From the NCBI RefSeq assembly GCF_021028975.2, contig NC_059434.1, positions 72,354,001 to 72,418,000 of the forward strand: 64,000 bases of DNA. The letters are read 5' to 3'. The first letter of the stretch is position 1. The number at the start of each line of letters is the position of its first letter. The notes under the pieces are model-generated. The model made no database searches and was not told the DNA's origin. It saw nothing but the letters and a program-made list of their open reading frames with translations. Made by a program: the position numbers and the translations under genes. Below, piece after piece: positions 1 through 14,234 of this stretch. The DNA is from Sphaerodactylus townsendi. Taxonomy: Eukaryota.

Positions 1-422
1 CTCCAACCTGATAAAACTCAGAAAAAATTCCACGCCTAAAACATCCAAAACTCCATATTCCAAAGTAAATGAAGAGAAATGAAAGCATTAAAAATGTTTA
101 TGCCCAAAGTCACTAAAAACCTACAGATTCTGCACAAGTCCAGGAGAGCTCTGGAGCCTAATGGGAAAGGGAGGCGTTCAACCCTTTAGTCTGTGTGACC
201 AACATGGAGAAATCCTCAACCCAACCAAGCAAGAACTTATTAAAGAAAAAAATATCATAGTAATCATGGTCAGTTTCTAATAAAGCCAAATATTACAAGC
301 TGTTTATACTCACATTACAAAGTGGGCTATTTTGAAACAGATGGTGGAACACCTGTCAACTTGGTCCACCTTGTGATCGACTGTAACAATTGAGGATCCT
401 ATTATTTGATGGACCATTCCAC

Positions 423-972
423 TGTTCATCCTTGTTTGGCTTTTGCTGAGTCCCAGCTTTGAAAGGACTCCTGAGCGTGAAGGGGGTTTAGGGGGCGGGG
501 GAGAACAGAAGCTGATCAGCCCACCATGTCTGCTTTGATCCAGCCATGTCTCTCCCACCTGGGATGTGGGATTCTTTCTCTCCTCATTCCTCCTTCCCTT
601 TTCCTTACTCTAGTTGGGTGTACTTTCTCACTTTTTGTACTTTGGCTTCCTGAGCTGTCTTATCAGCTTATTAGGCACCTGCTGTTTCAGTTCTGTGAAA
701 TGTAGGTTGTTTTGACCTTGGGGAATGTCTCTGGATCTTGTCTCTGGGCTGTGGGACTGGTGATCCCCCCCACCCCGCTCAGCCCAGGAATGGGTAGTCA
801 GGGGAGATGTCATGTGACATGGGGCATGATGTGGAGTATAATAGAGAGTGCTTGTCTGCTTCTGCTTTAGTTCTGGCAATATAAATCTAAATGCTTATTC
901 CTGATGCTGTTTCATAATAAAGATGCCATCTGAACACAGAGTCTTGTAACTGAACAGTCCAGGGGAACAACA
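423..972 (+). mobile_element. Possible solo LTR
   Basis: TGTT...AACA ends, TATA-like gagtataa at ~834 and AATAAA at ~916. No TSD found. Confidence 0.35.
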
Positions 973-2303
973 GAAATTGACTCTCAGTGGTCAAGGATCA
1001 TCTAAGAAGGGGTAGTTTCTGTCCCTCCCTCCAGGTAACGAACCACCAAGTCTAATTACCACCATTATCATCACGGTGGGCCTCTAGCACCAGGTACTGC
1101 TCACCAGGAAGCTAAACATCAGCTGATTACAAACAGATTTTTTTTAAAAAGCCCTCAGAGTAACAGTGCTGGTGATTAATCATTAAATACACCAATCTGG
1201 CACATTGCTTTGTGAAGATGACATTGCACTTCATCAGATATGGGCGCCACTCAACCAATGAGCACAAAAGCGGATGAAGCAGGGAAGCAGATTATTATTT
1301 TTCTACAGAATGTACATCGGGGAGAGATTTTGCCAAGTGCAGGAAAAAAAATGCTGTCAAGAAGACAAGGGATGAGCGAGGAGAAGCCATCTGTCACTGG
1401 CAGGAACTCCAAAACTTCTGAACATTGGGAAGAGCCTAACAATTTATCAGCGTTTTCTTCTGTCATTCACTCTCAAGCCTTCAAACAGGCTAAATGTAAG
1501 ACAATCTGAAGCAAACACGCCGGCAATGCCACCAGTTTACAAGCTTCTCTCATTTGTACCGAAAAAAAATCCCCAAGCATTTGAAATAGCTGCCCTCCAT
1601 GACGACTTAGAAATTGAGTAGAATGATACAAAAATAAGCTGTTCAGTTTGCTGTCACTCCGAGTGGTTCCGCTCTATTTTACCAGTTGTCTTTGGGGTAT
1701 GTCAAAGTTTGCGCTTTTACCAAATGTGCACAATATTGGTTCTACAACAAAACCCAAGGGGACACGTAGTGTACTTTATGAGTTATTTTTCAGAAACGAT
1801 AGCTTGGAAATGCGTTAAATACAGACACAAATGTGTAAATGAAATCCTTGAGACAGATCTGCACGTTTTTTATGCTTTCCATCACGACGTCTGACTGATA
1901 GTCTTTATTTGGTCAAGAGGCATCGTTCATCTATTGATACTGCTAATGCTAAGATCCATTTGCTCATTATGGGTCTTTGAATGTTTCATTATTTATTCCT
2001 ATAGCACAGTGCTGAGGGAAGCAGGCGGGGAGTCTGTCAGAGTGCTGCAGCCAGGGACATCACAGGCCTGCTGAGCTGCCTGGGAGGATGCTGCTGCTGG
2101 CTTGGGGGAGGCACAGGTGGCCAAGATGCCCCCTGCCCCCACAGCATGCTGAGCAGGGGGATAGGGATCCTGTGGCTGGTGAGGGATGCTTGGTGGCGGC
2201 AATGGGGCACCATGGGACTTCTAGTACTGGCTCACACATGCATGCATTATGAGACTTCATCCATGCATATTTACAGTAGGCATATCTGGGGTACATTACC
2301 CCA

Positions 2304-2916
2304 TCAAATAAACAATATAGGTGTATCTCTTGACCAACTTCTACTGATGGATGAAGGACAGGCGTTTGGAGTTTTGAAACAACGCACTCTTGACATCGAA
2401 GGGCAGCATCTTACAGCTGGAGCCAGTAGAACTTGCTCCCCCACATTTTATGGCATCTCACCACCTTTGCCGGGCTTTATGCCAAACTACATGAGTAATC
2501 TAACCAGTCCACACCTTCGTAGATACTTCATGCTTGCTCGGCTTAATGTGTTACCAACTGCCCAAACAAGAGGCAGATATCACGGCATCTCACAGGAGAA
2601 CAGGGCATGTTCCTGTGCAGCGGGTCTACCCGAAACAACTGAACACGTGCTCCTTCAATGCAAAGATTTGGCAGATTATCGGTCACTTTTTCTTGAGGCC
2701 ATCCTGAAGAAATTTTCAGCGAGATCAGACAGGGATACAGTTTCATACTTGCTCAGTGACCATCATCCCCACACTACTGAGTCAGTTGCCAGGTTTTTAA
2801 CTAAGGCACTCGGATCAAGAGTGAAACCTTTTTGTAAGTCTTAGTCTTTTGGTTTTAACATATTTTGTATACCACCACCTTTTCTATGCCATTAAAGGTT
2901 TTTGTATTTGTATTGT
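2304..2916 (+). mobile_element. 5'-truncated non-LTR retrotransposon 3' end (RTE-X-like), ORF2 C-terminal Cys/His motif
   Basis: ORF segment RRYFMLARLNVLPT...ENRACSC...ETTEHVLLQCKDLADYR; 3' end atgccattaaagg plus (tattg)n tail; imperfect TSD attacc(c/t)ca. Confidence 0.8.
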
Positions 2917-4934
2917 ATTACCTCACCCACCCCCATTCTAGCAACTGGTCAAAATGGTTGACTGTCTGGAGGAACCTGGTTGAGGGTATTGCGGGGGTTT
3001 ATGAGGGCATTTGAAGGGATTTATGAGACAAAGTACACCTATCACACATGCAAGCCCTATTCTTGCAAGTGACCTCAGGGAGTTCCATGTTCCCCACTGG
3101 CCATGGCATTCCCCAGATATCAGAAGGTCCAGCTTCTTCAACAGACTTGCAGAACCCAGCTCCTGACCTCTGCTCTTTTGCTCGGGTGTGAAATCTGCAC
3201 ACAGGCTGATAGTGACACTCACACCGGTCCCCATGGCCATTTGTGGCTTCCTTTTACCTTTCGTCAAGCCCGTGATTTCTGTATTTAAAAAGTCACACCA
3301 CCATCTATGCGCTTCTGATGCCACAGTATAAATATAATTGTTTCCAGACCATCCAAATTGCTTAACCCAAATTTAATGCAACTTCACCGCAAACACCAAT
3401 TGAGAAGTCTGTTCAGAACTGTAAGCTCCTGAAATACAATGTAATCCTTTCGTCATGCCAGGAATATTGAACAGAACAGTGTTTGCAAAGGCCAGACTGC
3501 AAAACTGACAACATTATGAGGCATACAATGACAACTCCCCTCCACCCTTATAGCCATGTGTGGCACGATCTGGAACTTTTGTTTCCTACGCACAAAAATT
3601 TCCCCTTACTTTCTGACAGAAGTCCAATTCTTCGCAACACCGTAAAAAAACCATCAGACAGCATCACATAACTCACAGCAGTAATACTGCTTAGACAAGA
3701 CAGAAATTGTCATGGTGTAGTCCCATTGGGTTTTTTTTTTTTGCAGGCTTGGTTGAGATTGAGGCATTGCCGTATCCTGATCTAAACATCCACAGCCTGT
3801 GCTACAAATAACGACAAATGTTTGTTTGACTGCAGCCCTGGCTCCCCATTTCCAACTGGAATGGCAGTAAGCATCTTTTAAAATCCAGGACAACCAGCCA
3901 ATGTTATCGATGCTAGTGTAGAGCAATTGACTGCTTACTGGCAGGACTGGGTTGCTGGATCTCTCCTGCCTTTTTTTTCCTCCCTAAAAAGTCCACAAGT
4001 GAGATGTGGTATTCGGTTCATTTAGGAGCTCAGGCAAACTATAACAGCATCATCTCACAGTGTCATCGTATGCTTTTTCTAAGACTGTTGACTTAAATGA
4101 GCTTAGAATAATGTAACTCCTGCTTAGAACTGCACTGTAGCTGTAATCTAGAAAAAATGCGCCATCAGAGGAAACTATCACTTGTTTGCCCATCTACCTG
4201 TGGGGGAGAAGAACGTTGGAACATATATGGGGCTTTTGAGAGAGAAATGAAAATATGGTGTACTTGAGAACAGTAGGGGAAGTGTCAAAACGATGAAGGC
4301 TGGCTTAGTTGATTTAAAGGCAGGAAAGAAGTAGGAGAGAGAGAGAAATTGCACTGTTTGATGCAAAGCTAGGAGGAGGAAGAGATTCATTTAGTTCCCT
4401 GTGGGGCATGTGCCCAGATTCTCAGTGCAAATCTCTGTCCCTTTTTGTTCACCTTTCCCCCAATTGCTATTTTATTAATCTTCTGCTGTGTTATCAGGGT
4501 ATCTGTACCACAAAGTCCTGCTGAGGACACAGCGTGGGCTATCCTGTGTCTCAGCTCACAGCCCTTGAGCTTCTCAGCAGAGAAATCAGTTGCAGTTTCA
4601 TAAAGCACGATTGTGCCTATAAAGCTATTGTCACCACAGGCTGGGAAGCAGCATTAATCTCCGTTTCTGAACAGCAGACAGGCGCATGAGCAGACAAACA
4701 TACAATTGCCAATGTAATTAAGAAACACAGACCAAGGCTGGCTCTTTCCTGGAATGCTTTGTCTTCTAAAAGAGAAAATAGAGGGCACTGTGGTATCTTC
4801 CTTTTCGTTGATTTTTGCGGTGTATTTTCTGTTTGTTTTTTCCACCTTCCTTTCACTCTTTTAACATCTTGAATAGCTTAGCTTAGTTGAAGGTTGTCAG
4901 AACTAGGGAGTTAAGTAGGATTTGCCACAGTGCG

Positions 4935-5070
4935 TAGTTGGCTGGGATACCACCAAAGAAGACTGGGGTTGCTATGTGGAGGAAGTCAATGGCATACCAC
5001 CTCTGCTTGTCTCTTGCCTGGAACACCCTGAGGATGGGGTTCAAATTGACAGCATGTCCTTCTTCTTCTT
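4935..5070 (+). mobile_element. 5S rRNA-headed SINE with RTE/BovB-like tail (5S-Sauria-like), partial
   Basis: ttggctgggataccacc (5S internal promoter region) followed by aatggcataccacctctg...tcttgcctggaacaccc. Confidence 0.65.
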
Positions 5071-5104
5071 CCTCACTGTTTTTCTGTCTCTCTTGTTTCT
5101 CTTT

Positions 5105-5213
5105 GGCTGATTCCGCATGGGCCAAAAACAGCAGTGTGAAAACGGTGTAAAAGGGTTTATACTGTTTTCACACCAGTTTCACACCACTGTTTTTGGCCCA
5201 TGCGGAATCAGCC
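5105..5213. mobile_element. Palindromic PIF/Harbinger-like MITE
   Basis: Perfect TIR GGCTGATTCCGCATGGGCCAAAAACAG; 3-bp TSD TTT. Confidence 0.85.
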
Positions 5214-7768
5214 TTTGTTTCCTCCAGCTAATGCTATAAAGTTAGTACTCCACCTGGAGAACCAGGTAACACAGTTCACCCATCCCAGAATGACACTATC
5301 AATAGTATTTGGGAGCAAATCCTTACCCTCCTTATCATACCATCTAAGAAAAATTCCCCATATAACATAGCAACTCTATCATGATCATATTTCTTACTCT
5401 CTTTCTACAACACAATGGCAGGTTCAGGAACGCACAATAACAACAGTGGACTATATACAATATATCCTAAGTGTTCCTATCAGTGGCAGCTGGAAGAAAA
5501 TGGAGAGCTTCTGTAGCCTGGTGTCTGAACGACTAACCTGTCAAACCGACGTTCTGTAGTTCAACTGTTTCCACTATCATAAACTCCTCAGTGGTAGAAA
5601 GTACAGTCAAGCAGTAAGCAGGGCTTAAGATTTCTTAAATAATGTCTGTGAGTTTCTTTGATTGCTCAGAAAATGCTACATAAGCTCAGCGCAGGCAAGG
5701 TGGCAGGTGTAATGGGATCAAATGAGATGGAGATCCTTTAAAAGCTCCTTAAAATCTTCAAGTAGAACTTCTCCAGAGGTTTGATTTGGATTGGGCTCAG
5801 ATTAGAAGGAGAGAAGGAATTTAAAGCTTTACAACTGATTTAAAGCATATAGATAAAGAGCTCAAAGAGGGGAAAGTTGAAAGAATGGGTGCGGGCAAAC
5901 CAATTCTTTTCTGCTGGAGCAAGAGGAATGAGGGGCCCCTTCTGATTTTTGAAGAAGGCTATGCTAGGGATCACTGACCATCATGTACAAAAAAAGCACA
6001 TGATACATGAACTGGAGAGCAAAATTGGGCAAGATCAGTTCTGTTTTTCCCCAAAACTAAGATGGAAAATAGTTGCACTGTATGTTTGAACGAAGGCAAG
6101 AGTCCCTATGCTACCACTACAGCCATGCCATAGATTAATAGTAGAGTACACACAATGCCTGGAAAAGATTTCAGGTTCTGTCACTGACATCTTCAACTAA
6201 AAGACATCAGAGATGAGGTATTCTGTGGTCTACACATTTAAAAACTGCTGCCATCAGAAAAATATAACGTGGAGCTAGAGATTCACATCTGGGTCATCTT
6301 CAGTTCCTAAGGATAGTAGTGTTTATACATTAGCCACCTTATCTACATAAAACATATAATGTAGTTTCAACTTCTACTGCAAATATCTGCTCATGCATTA
6401 TATTAAGCATGTATGTCTGATTTGGTTGCAGATAATACTGAAACCACCACCACAGACAGCTCTGAAATCACACGACTGAGTTACCAGCTCTCTAGTGCAC
6501 TTGAAGCAAAACCTTTATTGTTCAACTATAAAACTGGCTGAAGGACAAGTACAAACCACTCTATATTTATTAAGATGAAGTTAAGAGGTTAAATGTGTTC
6601 ATTTCACTGGTGATGCGAACCCATGAAATCCTCCATAAAACCAAGCTTGACATAGTAATGAATAATCTCCCCAGGTTCACCATGAAAGAGGCCAAGTGTT
6701 TTGATCAAAGGTTGATCAAACAATCTTTGCTGACAGCAAATATCTCCAGATTTGTGCACTTGTACTAAAAACTCAGAAATGCATTGATGTAAACAGCTGC
6801 AGCAGAAACAAAGGTCACTATACTTTTGTATGTAAACCAAATGCTTCAAACATCTGCTTTAAAATAGACTCTGGATTTCGGCCTCTTACCTCTAAGAGTA
6901 GCCTGGTCACTTTTCAACTTACATTAGCATAAAAGCCAGCTAGCCTTCTTTTGACCTACTTTTGATTCTAGGATTTCTGTTGCTCTTTAAAAATTTTAGT
7001 CTATTTATCAGAAGGGATCATGGAATACTAAGTTCGCATGACGATTAGTTTGCATGTATAAACAGAAGCACTTGCATTATCAAGTTGCTTAAATGACTAC
7101 AAAGTAATTGCTACAAAGTTTTAAAAAGAGGATGGAAAGGAGATGAGATCAGAAGCACTTTGTTCTTGTAATCAGATGGGCCCCCACACTTTCCTCAAAT
7201 CATCAAGGCAGGGAAACCACTCTCTTACCCAGCTTGTCAGATTTTCCCTCCTTTTTCACCTCAGGGACTAAGCTGCTTGTGGTTTTGGTAATGTAAGGTA
7301 ATAAAAGCACTTTCCCTCGGTGCCATTTTACTCCTAAAAGGTGAAGGATGCCCTTTTTTTAAAAAAAACCACCTTTCTTGGCAAACTCCTTTATATAAGG
7401 CACGGATAATAATAATACTGAGGCAGAGATAACTTGAATAGAATACAAGATTTATTAACAGAGAGGAGATGGGAATGGGAGATGAATAACTTAAAGGAAG
7501 GAATGGATGAGGCAAGAGTAATATATATTTACACAAAGAGCTTTGGCAGAGAATAAGCAGTATTTGTTTTCAGGCACAGGCTTAAATAAGTTTGTTCAGT
7601 TTCAGTAAGCTTAGGTGGTAAATTCAGATGTTCCTTAAGATGGTACAGTTACTTAGACTTCAGATGGTATCCTGGCTAATGGATGTCCACACTGGGTTCT
7701 ATTAGGCTTGGTACATTTACTTCACTACCCCCACTCAGCTTTCACAGATAGAAAACCCTGAAAATAAA

Positions 7769-7839
7769 CACACACACAAACACACTGACATTTAAAACTT
7801 ATATACACGCACACATGCACACACACACACACACACACA
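7769..7839 (+). repeat. (CA)n microsatellite region
   Basis: Direct observation. Confidence 0.9.
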
Positions 7840-8122
7840 TGTTACTGCCAGGAAAATATGAAAAATATTTTCCTAAGTTTATTGCTAAACTACACTGGCT
7901 AAGGACCAGAGCAAAGAGACCAGTGGATCCATGTGTGGCTGGACCACATGTATGAGTGGGGATGGGAGAGAGAGGGAGACAGCAAAGTTTGAAAGCAAAG
8001 AGGACTACGAGGAGGAATGTGATAATCTAGATGAGATCCCACCAGATTGTCTATCTAGGAGAGTGAGATGCTGAGCTCTGTTTTTTGGACCAGAGATGGT
8101 TAGGGTAAGTGCTTTGGAGATA

Positions 8123-8270
8123 TAGAATCATAGAGTTGGAAGAGACCCCAAGGGCCATCGCCCAACCCCCGGCAATGGAGGAACACACAATCAAAGCACT
8201 CCTGACAGATGGCCATCGAGCCTCTCTTTAAAAACCTCCAAATAAGAAGACTCTACCACACTCCGAGCAG
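8123..8270 (-). mobile_element. CR1 LINE 3' end fragment
   Basis: tagaatcatagagttggaagagacccc is the reverse of the CR1 attctatg terminus. Confidence 0.8.
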
Positions 8271-8596
8271 CAATGGAGGATTAAAAGCAGGACTTCATAA
8301 AGGTTACATGACTCATAAGGCAAGAGAGAATTCATAGTTAAAAGCTAAAACACATTTCATGAAAGGAAAAGGCAATTCATAGGGAATTCATAGCTAACTA
8401 ATGAAAACATAAGTCATATTAATTAAAACCATAAACTATAATCTTAAAACATAAAACATTTGGTTAAGAATCCCAATTCATGGGGGAATGATTTTATAAG
8501 AAGATATAAATACAAATTCATATGATGGATGGAAAAATACAAAATACAATGAAGCTGTGTTACATGAGTTTCTCATGAAGTCTCTGTTCACCCTCT

Positions 8597-8897
8597 GAGC
8601 AGCAGTGGGGTAGTGGTTAAGAGCAGGTGCATTCTAATCTGGAGGAACCAGGTTTGATTCCCTGCTCTGCCGCCTGAGCTGTGGAGGCTTATCTGGAGAA
8701 TTCAGATTAGCCTGTGCACTCCCACACATGCCAGCTGGGTGACCTTGGGCTAGTCACAGCTTTTTGGAGCTCTCTCAGCCCCACCCACCTCACACGGTGT
8801 TTGTTGTGAGGGAAGGGTAAGGAGATTGTAAGCCCCTTTGAGTCTCCTACAGGAGAGAAAGGGGGGATATGAATCCAAGCTCTTCCTCCTCCTTCCT
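8597..8897 (+). mobile_element. tRNA/CORE-type SINE (Squam3-like)
   Basis: A box (tggggtagtgg), B-box-like ggtttgattcc, CORE-like gctgggtgaccttgggctagtcac, (ctt/ctc)n tail; multiple copies in window. Confidence 0.85.
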
Positions 8898-10017
8898 TTC
8901 TTTATGCACTCAAAGCAACCAATATTAGCAAGTGCTCCCCTCCCCATGAGTCTATATACAAATCATTCCCTGATTTTCGATGCCCCCCCCCGGTCCAATG
9001 GAAGAACATTTGTGGAGTTGTGGAAATGAAATGAAATGCCAGCCAGTATAGTGGCTTGGGAAGTGAGGCACACCTTGAAGACAAACAAGTCAAGGGTAGA
9101 GTAGAGCATTGCATTGCAAAGACTGCCTAAGGTTGACAAGGGAGTGTTGACAAGGGCTGATGGGACTTGTAGGCAGGGCAGTCTGCAAAAGGCTAAAAAC
9201 TGAAAGCATTAGTGAGTCTATCAGCTCAGCCAAAACTGAAGACACAATCTGAAAAAGTGGCTTTGGGAACCGAGTGGCTTTGGGTTACCTCGCCATTTAA
9301 ATTAAGGATAAGAAGTGCCTTGGTGTCTAGCCAGCTTAAGGCATGGCTAGCAGCAGGGCATTATGATCTATGCACAATGAACAAACCAAACAATAATTGT
9401 ATAAAACCAGTAAGCATGTAGCAGATTAAGCAAAACAAAACCATGCAACTTAAACATATTGGTGCAAGAAAGCAGAATGGAAAATAGAAATACTTCTCAA
9501 AATATACCCACATCAACTGAACAGTGAGTTGTGAAAGGGACAGACCATAAAGATTTCCCAAAGCAAATATAAAGTCTGGGGATTGAAATTTCGGAACCTG
9601 GCAGTTTGGCAGGCCCCCACACAGGTAGAGTGCCCAGAGTCTGCATATGCACAGAACTCTTTCTCTGGCCAGTCAAACCCAGAAACTGACAGGCTGCATC
9701 CCTGTCATCCTCCAGGATCAAACAGTCAGCAAGAAACATCCAGAAAGGAGCCCGCCTCCCTCCAGACAGGTGGTGGTTTACCCCCATTGCCTGGATCTGA
9801 AAGAACTGGTATTTGTATTTTAGCCTAGAGTGGGCCTGGTAATGGGTCCAGGAGAGGCTATTGCCAATAATTGGTCTCTCCACTTTTACATAAAAAACAG
9901 GATAAGGGGAAAAAAACTTTAGCAAGGGATTGCAGGGTTAGCTGAGTCTGCAAGGAAGGGAAAAGAAAAAATAGGCGCAAGGCAATGGACTTTTTATTTG
10001 TTGCACTGGGCTAGCTC

Positions 10018-10189
10018 CAGAGGTGCAGCAAGGGGGAAAAACACCCGGTGCACCAGGGCATCCTTCGCCCCGCCCCGCCCCGGAATGCCGCTGCCATGCC
10101 CCCGGAACACCCCTGGAACACCCTTGCCACACTCCCACAGGGGCGCACGCTTGGTGTGTTGTGTACCCCCCGTTAAAGCTATGCCTCTG
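10018..10189. mobile_element. hAT MITE
   Basis: TIR CAGAGGTGCAGC / GCTATGCCTCTG; perfect 8-bp TSD GCTAGCTC. Confidence 0.85.
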
Positions 10190-11496
10190 GCTAGCTCCAC
10201 CAGAACATTCAAGCAAGCTATCTGGCGTTTAACCCAAGCAAGGGAGAAAAAACAAAAATAAACATAAAATGATCAGAAAAGCCAAAATAACAATGATGGG
10301 ATGGAGCATGACATTAAAAGCAGTAGTTGCATGCTCAGACACCCCGAACAGGGAGTCCCATCAGGAATGCTAGAGGTTGGCAGGATAAGTACTGACACTG
10401 GTCTTCAAACCGAGCAACCCCACCCCCCCTTGGGTTGGTCTGGCAACATTACCTTCTCAGCCACCTTGCTGGTTCCTCTCTCCCTTTGTAAAGCCAAGAT
10501 CCAGCTTTGCAAATGAGGACGGAAACCTATGGTAGGTACACTAACCCCTTTACCTTCCCTTCCTCTCCCCCCTTCCTCTAGGATGGGTGAGCCTCAGCCA
10601 GATGGCAGGCCCCCTCCCTCCCTACAGTACAGACCCTGATGAACCAAGGACCTGAATTAGTATGAGGCAGCTTCATGTTCTTTTAAGCAAAGGAGAAGTT
10701 GGGGTGGTAATACTCACAAAAGGGGCAAAAGCATCATCTCCTTCCTATGATTATGAGCAGAGCAAGTCTAATCTGGAAGCAAAGATCATTTGACCTACAT
10801 AGGTTGACTGTTACTGAGGTTTCTTTGCTGGTCTCCTTTCTTTGGCCAGCATTGGGTGATGGTGTACAAACTTGACAACTGACGGGTTTCATTTTTCATA
10901 TTTAACAGCTTGAGTCCTAACAAGTAGTCATATTAATATTATTATAGAAACACAACGTTCAGAGGATGTTGATACAGACAGGAAAAGAATGTGAGGAAAA
11001 TGCTGAATGCTAGAATTGATTATCTTGAAACAGAGCACATATGTCTCACATATGCACGTATGTTTCATCAGCAGTTTGCTGCAATTTCCCATTACTTAAT
11101 TTGAGTAAGTTCTTTAATAGTTAATTATTTTAACAGTGACAATAAAACAATAATTATTAACTGTTTTTTTTAAAAGTCCCAGCTTGAAATTCAGAACAGC
11201 AAAACACACTATCTTGTTGGCACAAAATGATCTGGAAAAGATAAGGCCCATTATCCAAAAAGCCCATTTACTCGTATATAATCCAGTGAGATGTCCAGAG
11301 ATGCTCCTGAGGACTAATTATATATAGTCTGAAGCACTGGGGGTGGGGATGAGGGGGGGGGAATAATGCAACAGCCAAAAACACTTAACGATGTAATTTA
11401 CATTGAATGCTGAGACTCTTGTAATAAAGTTTGCATTGAATCAAATATTATAATTGTTCCACCACTAAATAAGACTATTACTGGGAAGCAGACTTA

Positions 11497-11734
11497 AAGC
11501 CCAATTTGGGGGGGAGGGGATGAATCTGCCGGCGCAGGGCTGCATTGGTGGGCTTGCCCTCCCCAGGGTACTTACCCAGTAGAGGGGTAAACCCGCCGGC
11601 AGGCAGCCGCCGTGGACCTCCATGGTGGCCAGAGAGGCATGGCTGGGGGTAGAGCTGACATTAGTCAGTTTCCACCCAACCTTTGCCTGCCAGAATGCTG
11701 GGGCTGGGGCCTTGGACTTGTGCCATCCTTTTGG
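11497..11734. repeat. Unclassified interspersed repeat (related copies ~28690-28870 in reverse, and ~23138-23410)
   Basis: gggtagagctgacattagtcagtttccaccca is the reverse complement of tgggtggaagccaactaatgtcggctccaccc at ~28733. Confidence 0.55.
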
Positions 11735-12060
11735 NNNNNNNNNNNNNNNNNNNNNNNNNNNNNNNNNNNNNNNNNNNNNNNNNNNNNNNNNNNNNNNNNN
11801 NNNNNNNNNNNNNNNNNNNNNNNNNNNNNNNNNNNNNNNNNNNNNNNNNNNNNNNNNNNNNNNNNNNNNNNNNNNNNNNNNNNNNNNNNNNNNNNNNNNN
11901 NNNNNNNNNNNNNNNNNNNNNNNNNNNNNNNNNNNNNNNNNNNNNNNNNNNNNNNNNNNNNNNNNNNNNNNNNNNNNNNNNNNNNNNNNNNNNNNNNNNN
12001 NNNNNNNNNNNNNNNNNNNNNNNNNNNNNNNNNNNNNNNNNNNNNNNNNNNNNNNNNNNN
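11735..12060. other. Assembly gap
   Basis: Run of N. Confidence 1.
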
Positions 12061-12340
12061 AGGAGTTTGATTTATATTCCCCCTTTCTCTCCTGTAGGAG
12101 ACTCTAAGGGGCTTACAATCTCCTTGCCCTTCCCCCCTCACAAAAAACACCCTGTGAGGTGAGGGAGGCTGAGAGAGCTCCAGAAAGCTGTGACTAGTCC
12201 AAGGTCACCCAGCTGGCATGTGTGGGAGTGCAGAATTCCCCAGATAAGCCTCCACAGTTCAGGCGGCAGAGCGGGGAATCAAACCCGATTCCTCCAGATT
12301 AGAATGCACCTGCTCTTAACCACTATGCCACTGCTGCTCC
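12061..12340 (-). mobile_element. tRNA/CORE-type SINE (Squam3-like), tail in gap
   Basis: Reverse-complement match to 8597-8897. Confidence 0.85.
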
Positions 12341-13443
12341 CTAGAGTTTAATTGAGTGCTTTTCAGCAGTAGGGAGGCTTTTTTTGTATTTTTGCCTCCC
12401 CACACCACCAAGAAGCCCTCTTCCATTCTGGAGAACCCGGTTTGATTCCCCTCTCCTTACTATGACAAATAATATTCAACACTTTCCTAATGCTTGGGAT
12501 TAGGTGATTATAATTTTTGTTCAACCTGCCTTTATGTAAAAATCAATGATCTTGTTAAGTCTTCACATTATGAGTTGTGAATCTTCCAGCATCCTCATTG
12601 ATGAAGGAAACTTGACACCATGATTCAGATTTTGCATACATCTTCTAAGACTGAAAATAGACATTTTTATTTTCCAAGCTTTTGCAGCATCGCCTTTCAT
12701 CAAGAGATAAACACTGTAGTTATTAGCAATTTACAAGATTTCTCGAAAAGTACTGAAGTATTCATTGGTCATTCTGAAATTCTGTTTCTCCTTTATGTCT
12801 TATGGGCATAGAGGAAAGGTTTCCAAAATACAACTGTCAGTCTGATAGGGTCAGTGTTGGATACCACTGTGCAAGGCCGCCAAGGGTCAAGTTTCATGTG
12901 TATGGAAAGATCTGAAGGGTCAGAAGGAGATAACATCACCACAAACAGGCAAGAGTTCATGTTCTAAAAGCAGCAGTTGAAGTCTCAGTGGCCAGAAGCA
13001 GACAGATTAATCCAGAGTAAACATGAGGTTACATCTGAAGGCATTAGTGTGACAAAAGGGAGCAGGTGCTCAGCAAGAGAGGATTCTCTTCTGTGAAAAA
13101 GGTTATTCAGAATGAGAGCTTTTCTAAAGATTGGTGGAGCTAGGTTAGACCTTAGGGTCAGCTGACTTGAGTGCTGTTGTAATTGGCTGACTGGCAGTCA
13201 TCCTAAACAGAATCATACCCTTTTAAGCCCTTTGATTTAAGTGGACTTAGAAGGGCTATATCAACTATTATAATAAAATGCGTGGTTCTCTTCAGGGGCA
13301 CAGTTTAGGCTTCAAAGCTTGTGGTATCAATGCAACTTTGGTAGCACAGAAGGTAAGATGGTATAGTCTGGTGGCAGGAAGCTACACCTGTAATAGCTGA
13401 AGAAAAGGATCCCACCTTCACTTAATTTTAATGATAATGTCCT

Positions 13444-13750
13444 GAGAGCCAGCATAGTGCCGTGGTTAAAAGCAGGTGGGCTCTAATCTGGAGAACTGGG
13501 TTTGATTCCCCACTCTTCTACACAAGCAGTGGACTCTTATCTGGTGAACTGGATTTGTTTCCCCACTCCTACACGTGAAGTCTGCTGGGTGACATTTGGA
13601 CAAGTCACAGTTCTCTCAGAACTTTCACGGCCCCACTTACCATACAAGGTATCTGTTGTGGGGAGAGGAAGGGAAAGGAGTTTGTAAGCCACCTTGAGAT
13701 TCCTTCCAGGAGAGAAAGGCAGGGTGTAAATCCAAACTCTTTTTCTTCAT
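13444..13750 (+). mobile_element. tRNA/CORE-type SINE, related subfamily
   Basis: gtggttaaaagcagg...ctaatctggagaactgggtttgattcccc; same body and tail. Confidence 0.8.
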
Positions 13751-14234
13751 CATCACTAACCTATGGGGTGACATCACATAATGAAGTTTACTAGTAGACT
13801 ATTGATAGAAAGCTGAGTCAGCCTTGAGCCAGCTACCTGAATCTGACTTCTGTTGGATCAAACTCAGGTCATGGGCAGAGTTTTGATGCACTTAAGTTTA
13901 CAGAATTACAAATAATAGTGAATGTGATGCCAGCTTTGAATTCAACTTGTGCTTCATTCCAGTCCATTACTAATATAAACATATAAATCAAAGAAAATCT
14001 CCACAAATTATCTTCAGCAGAGCAAGAGGACATTAGTCACTAGTACAAATGCAATAATTATTTTAAATTGTACATTTAAGTTAATTAAGGGTGCATTAGC
14101 TTTCATTAATAAACTTTTTCAATGTTGTTTCTGCTTTCTGTTCTCTTAAGGGCAACTTAGTATTTCCATATAAGCCAGAGTTATTTGAGCCTTGAACACT
14201 GTCAAGTGATCCTGTATGCTTTTTTCTGTGGAGC

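Noticed and set aside
2146-2844. 232-aa ORF as a host gene
   Set aside because: The C-terminal part is LINE ORF2 with a retrotransposon tail and TSD; the N-terminal part is chance read-through.
11612-12162. Long ORFs containing X (also near 31.5 kb and 43.3 kb)
   Set aside because: Artefacts of N gaps.
12830-13200. Possible LTR remnants (also ~7400-7760, ~9000-9400, ~29020-29400)
   Set aside because: Composition is suggestive, but no paired LTR, TSD, PBS or coding sequence could be identified.
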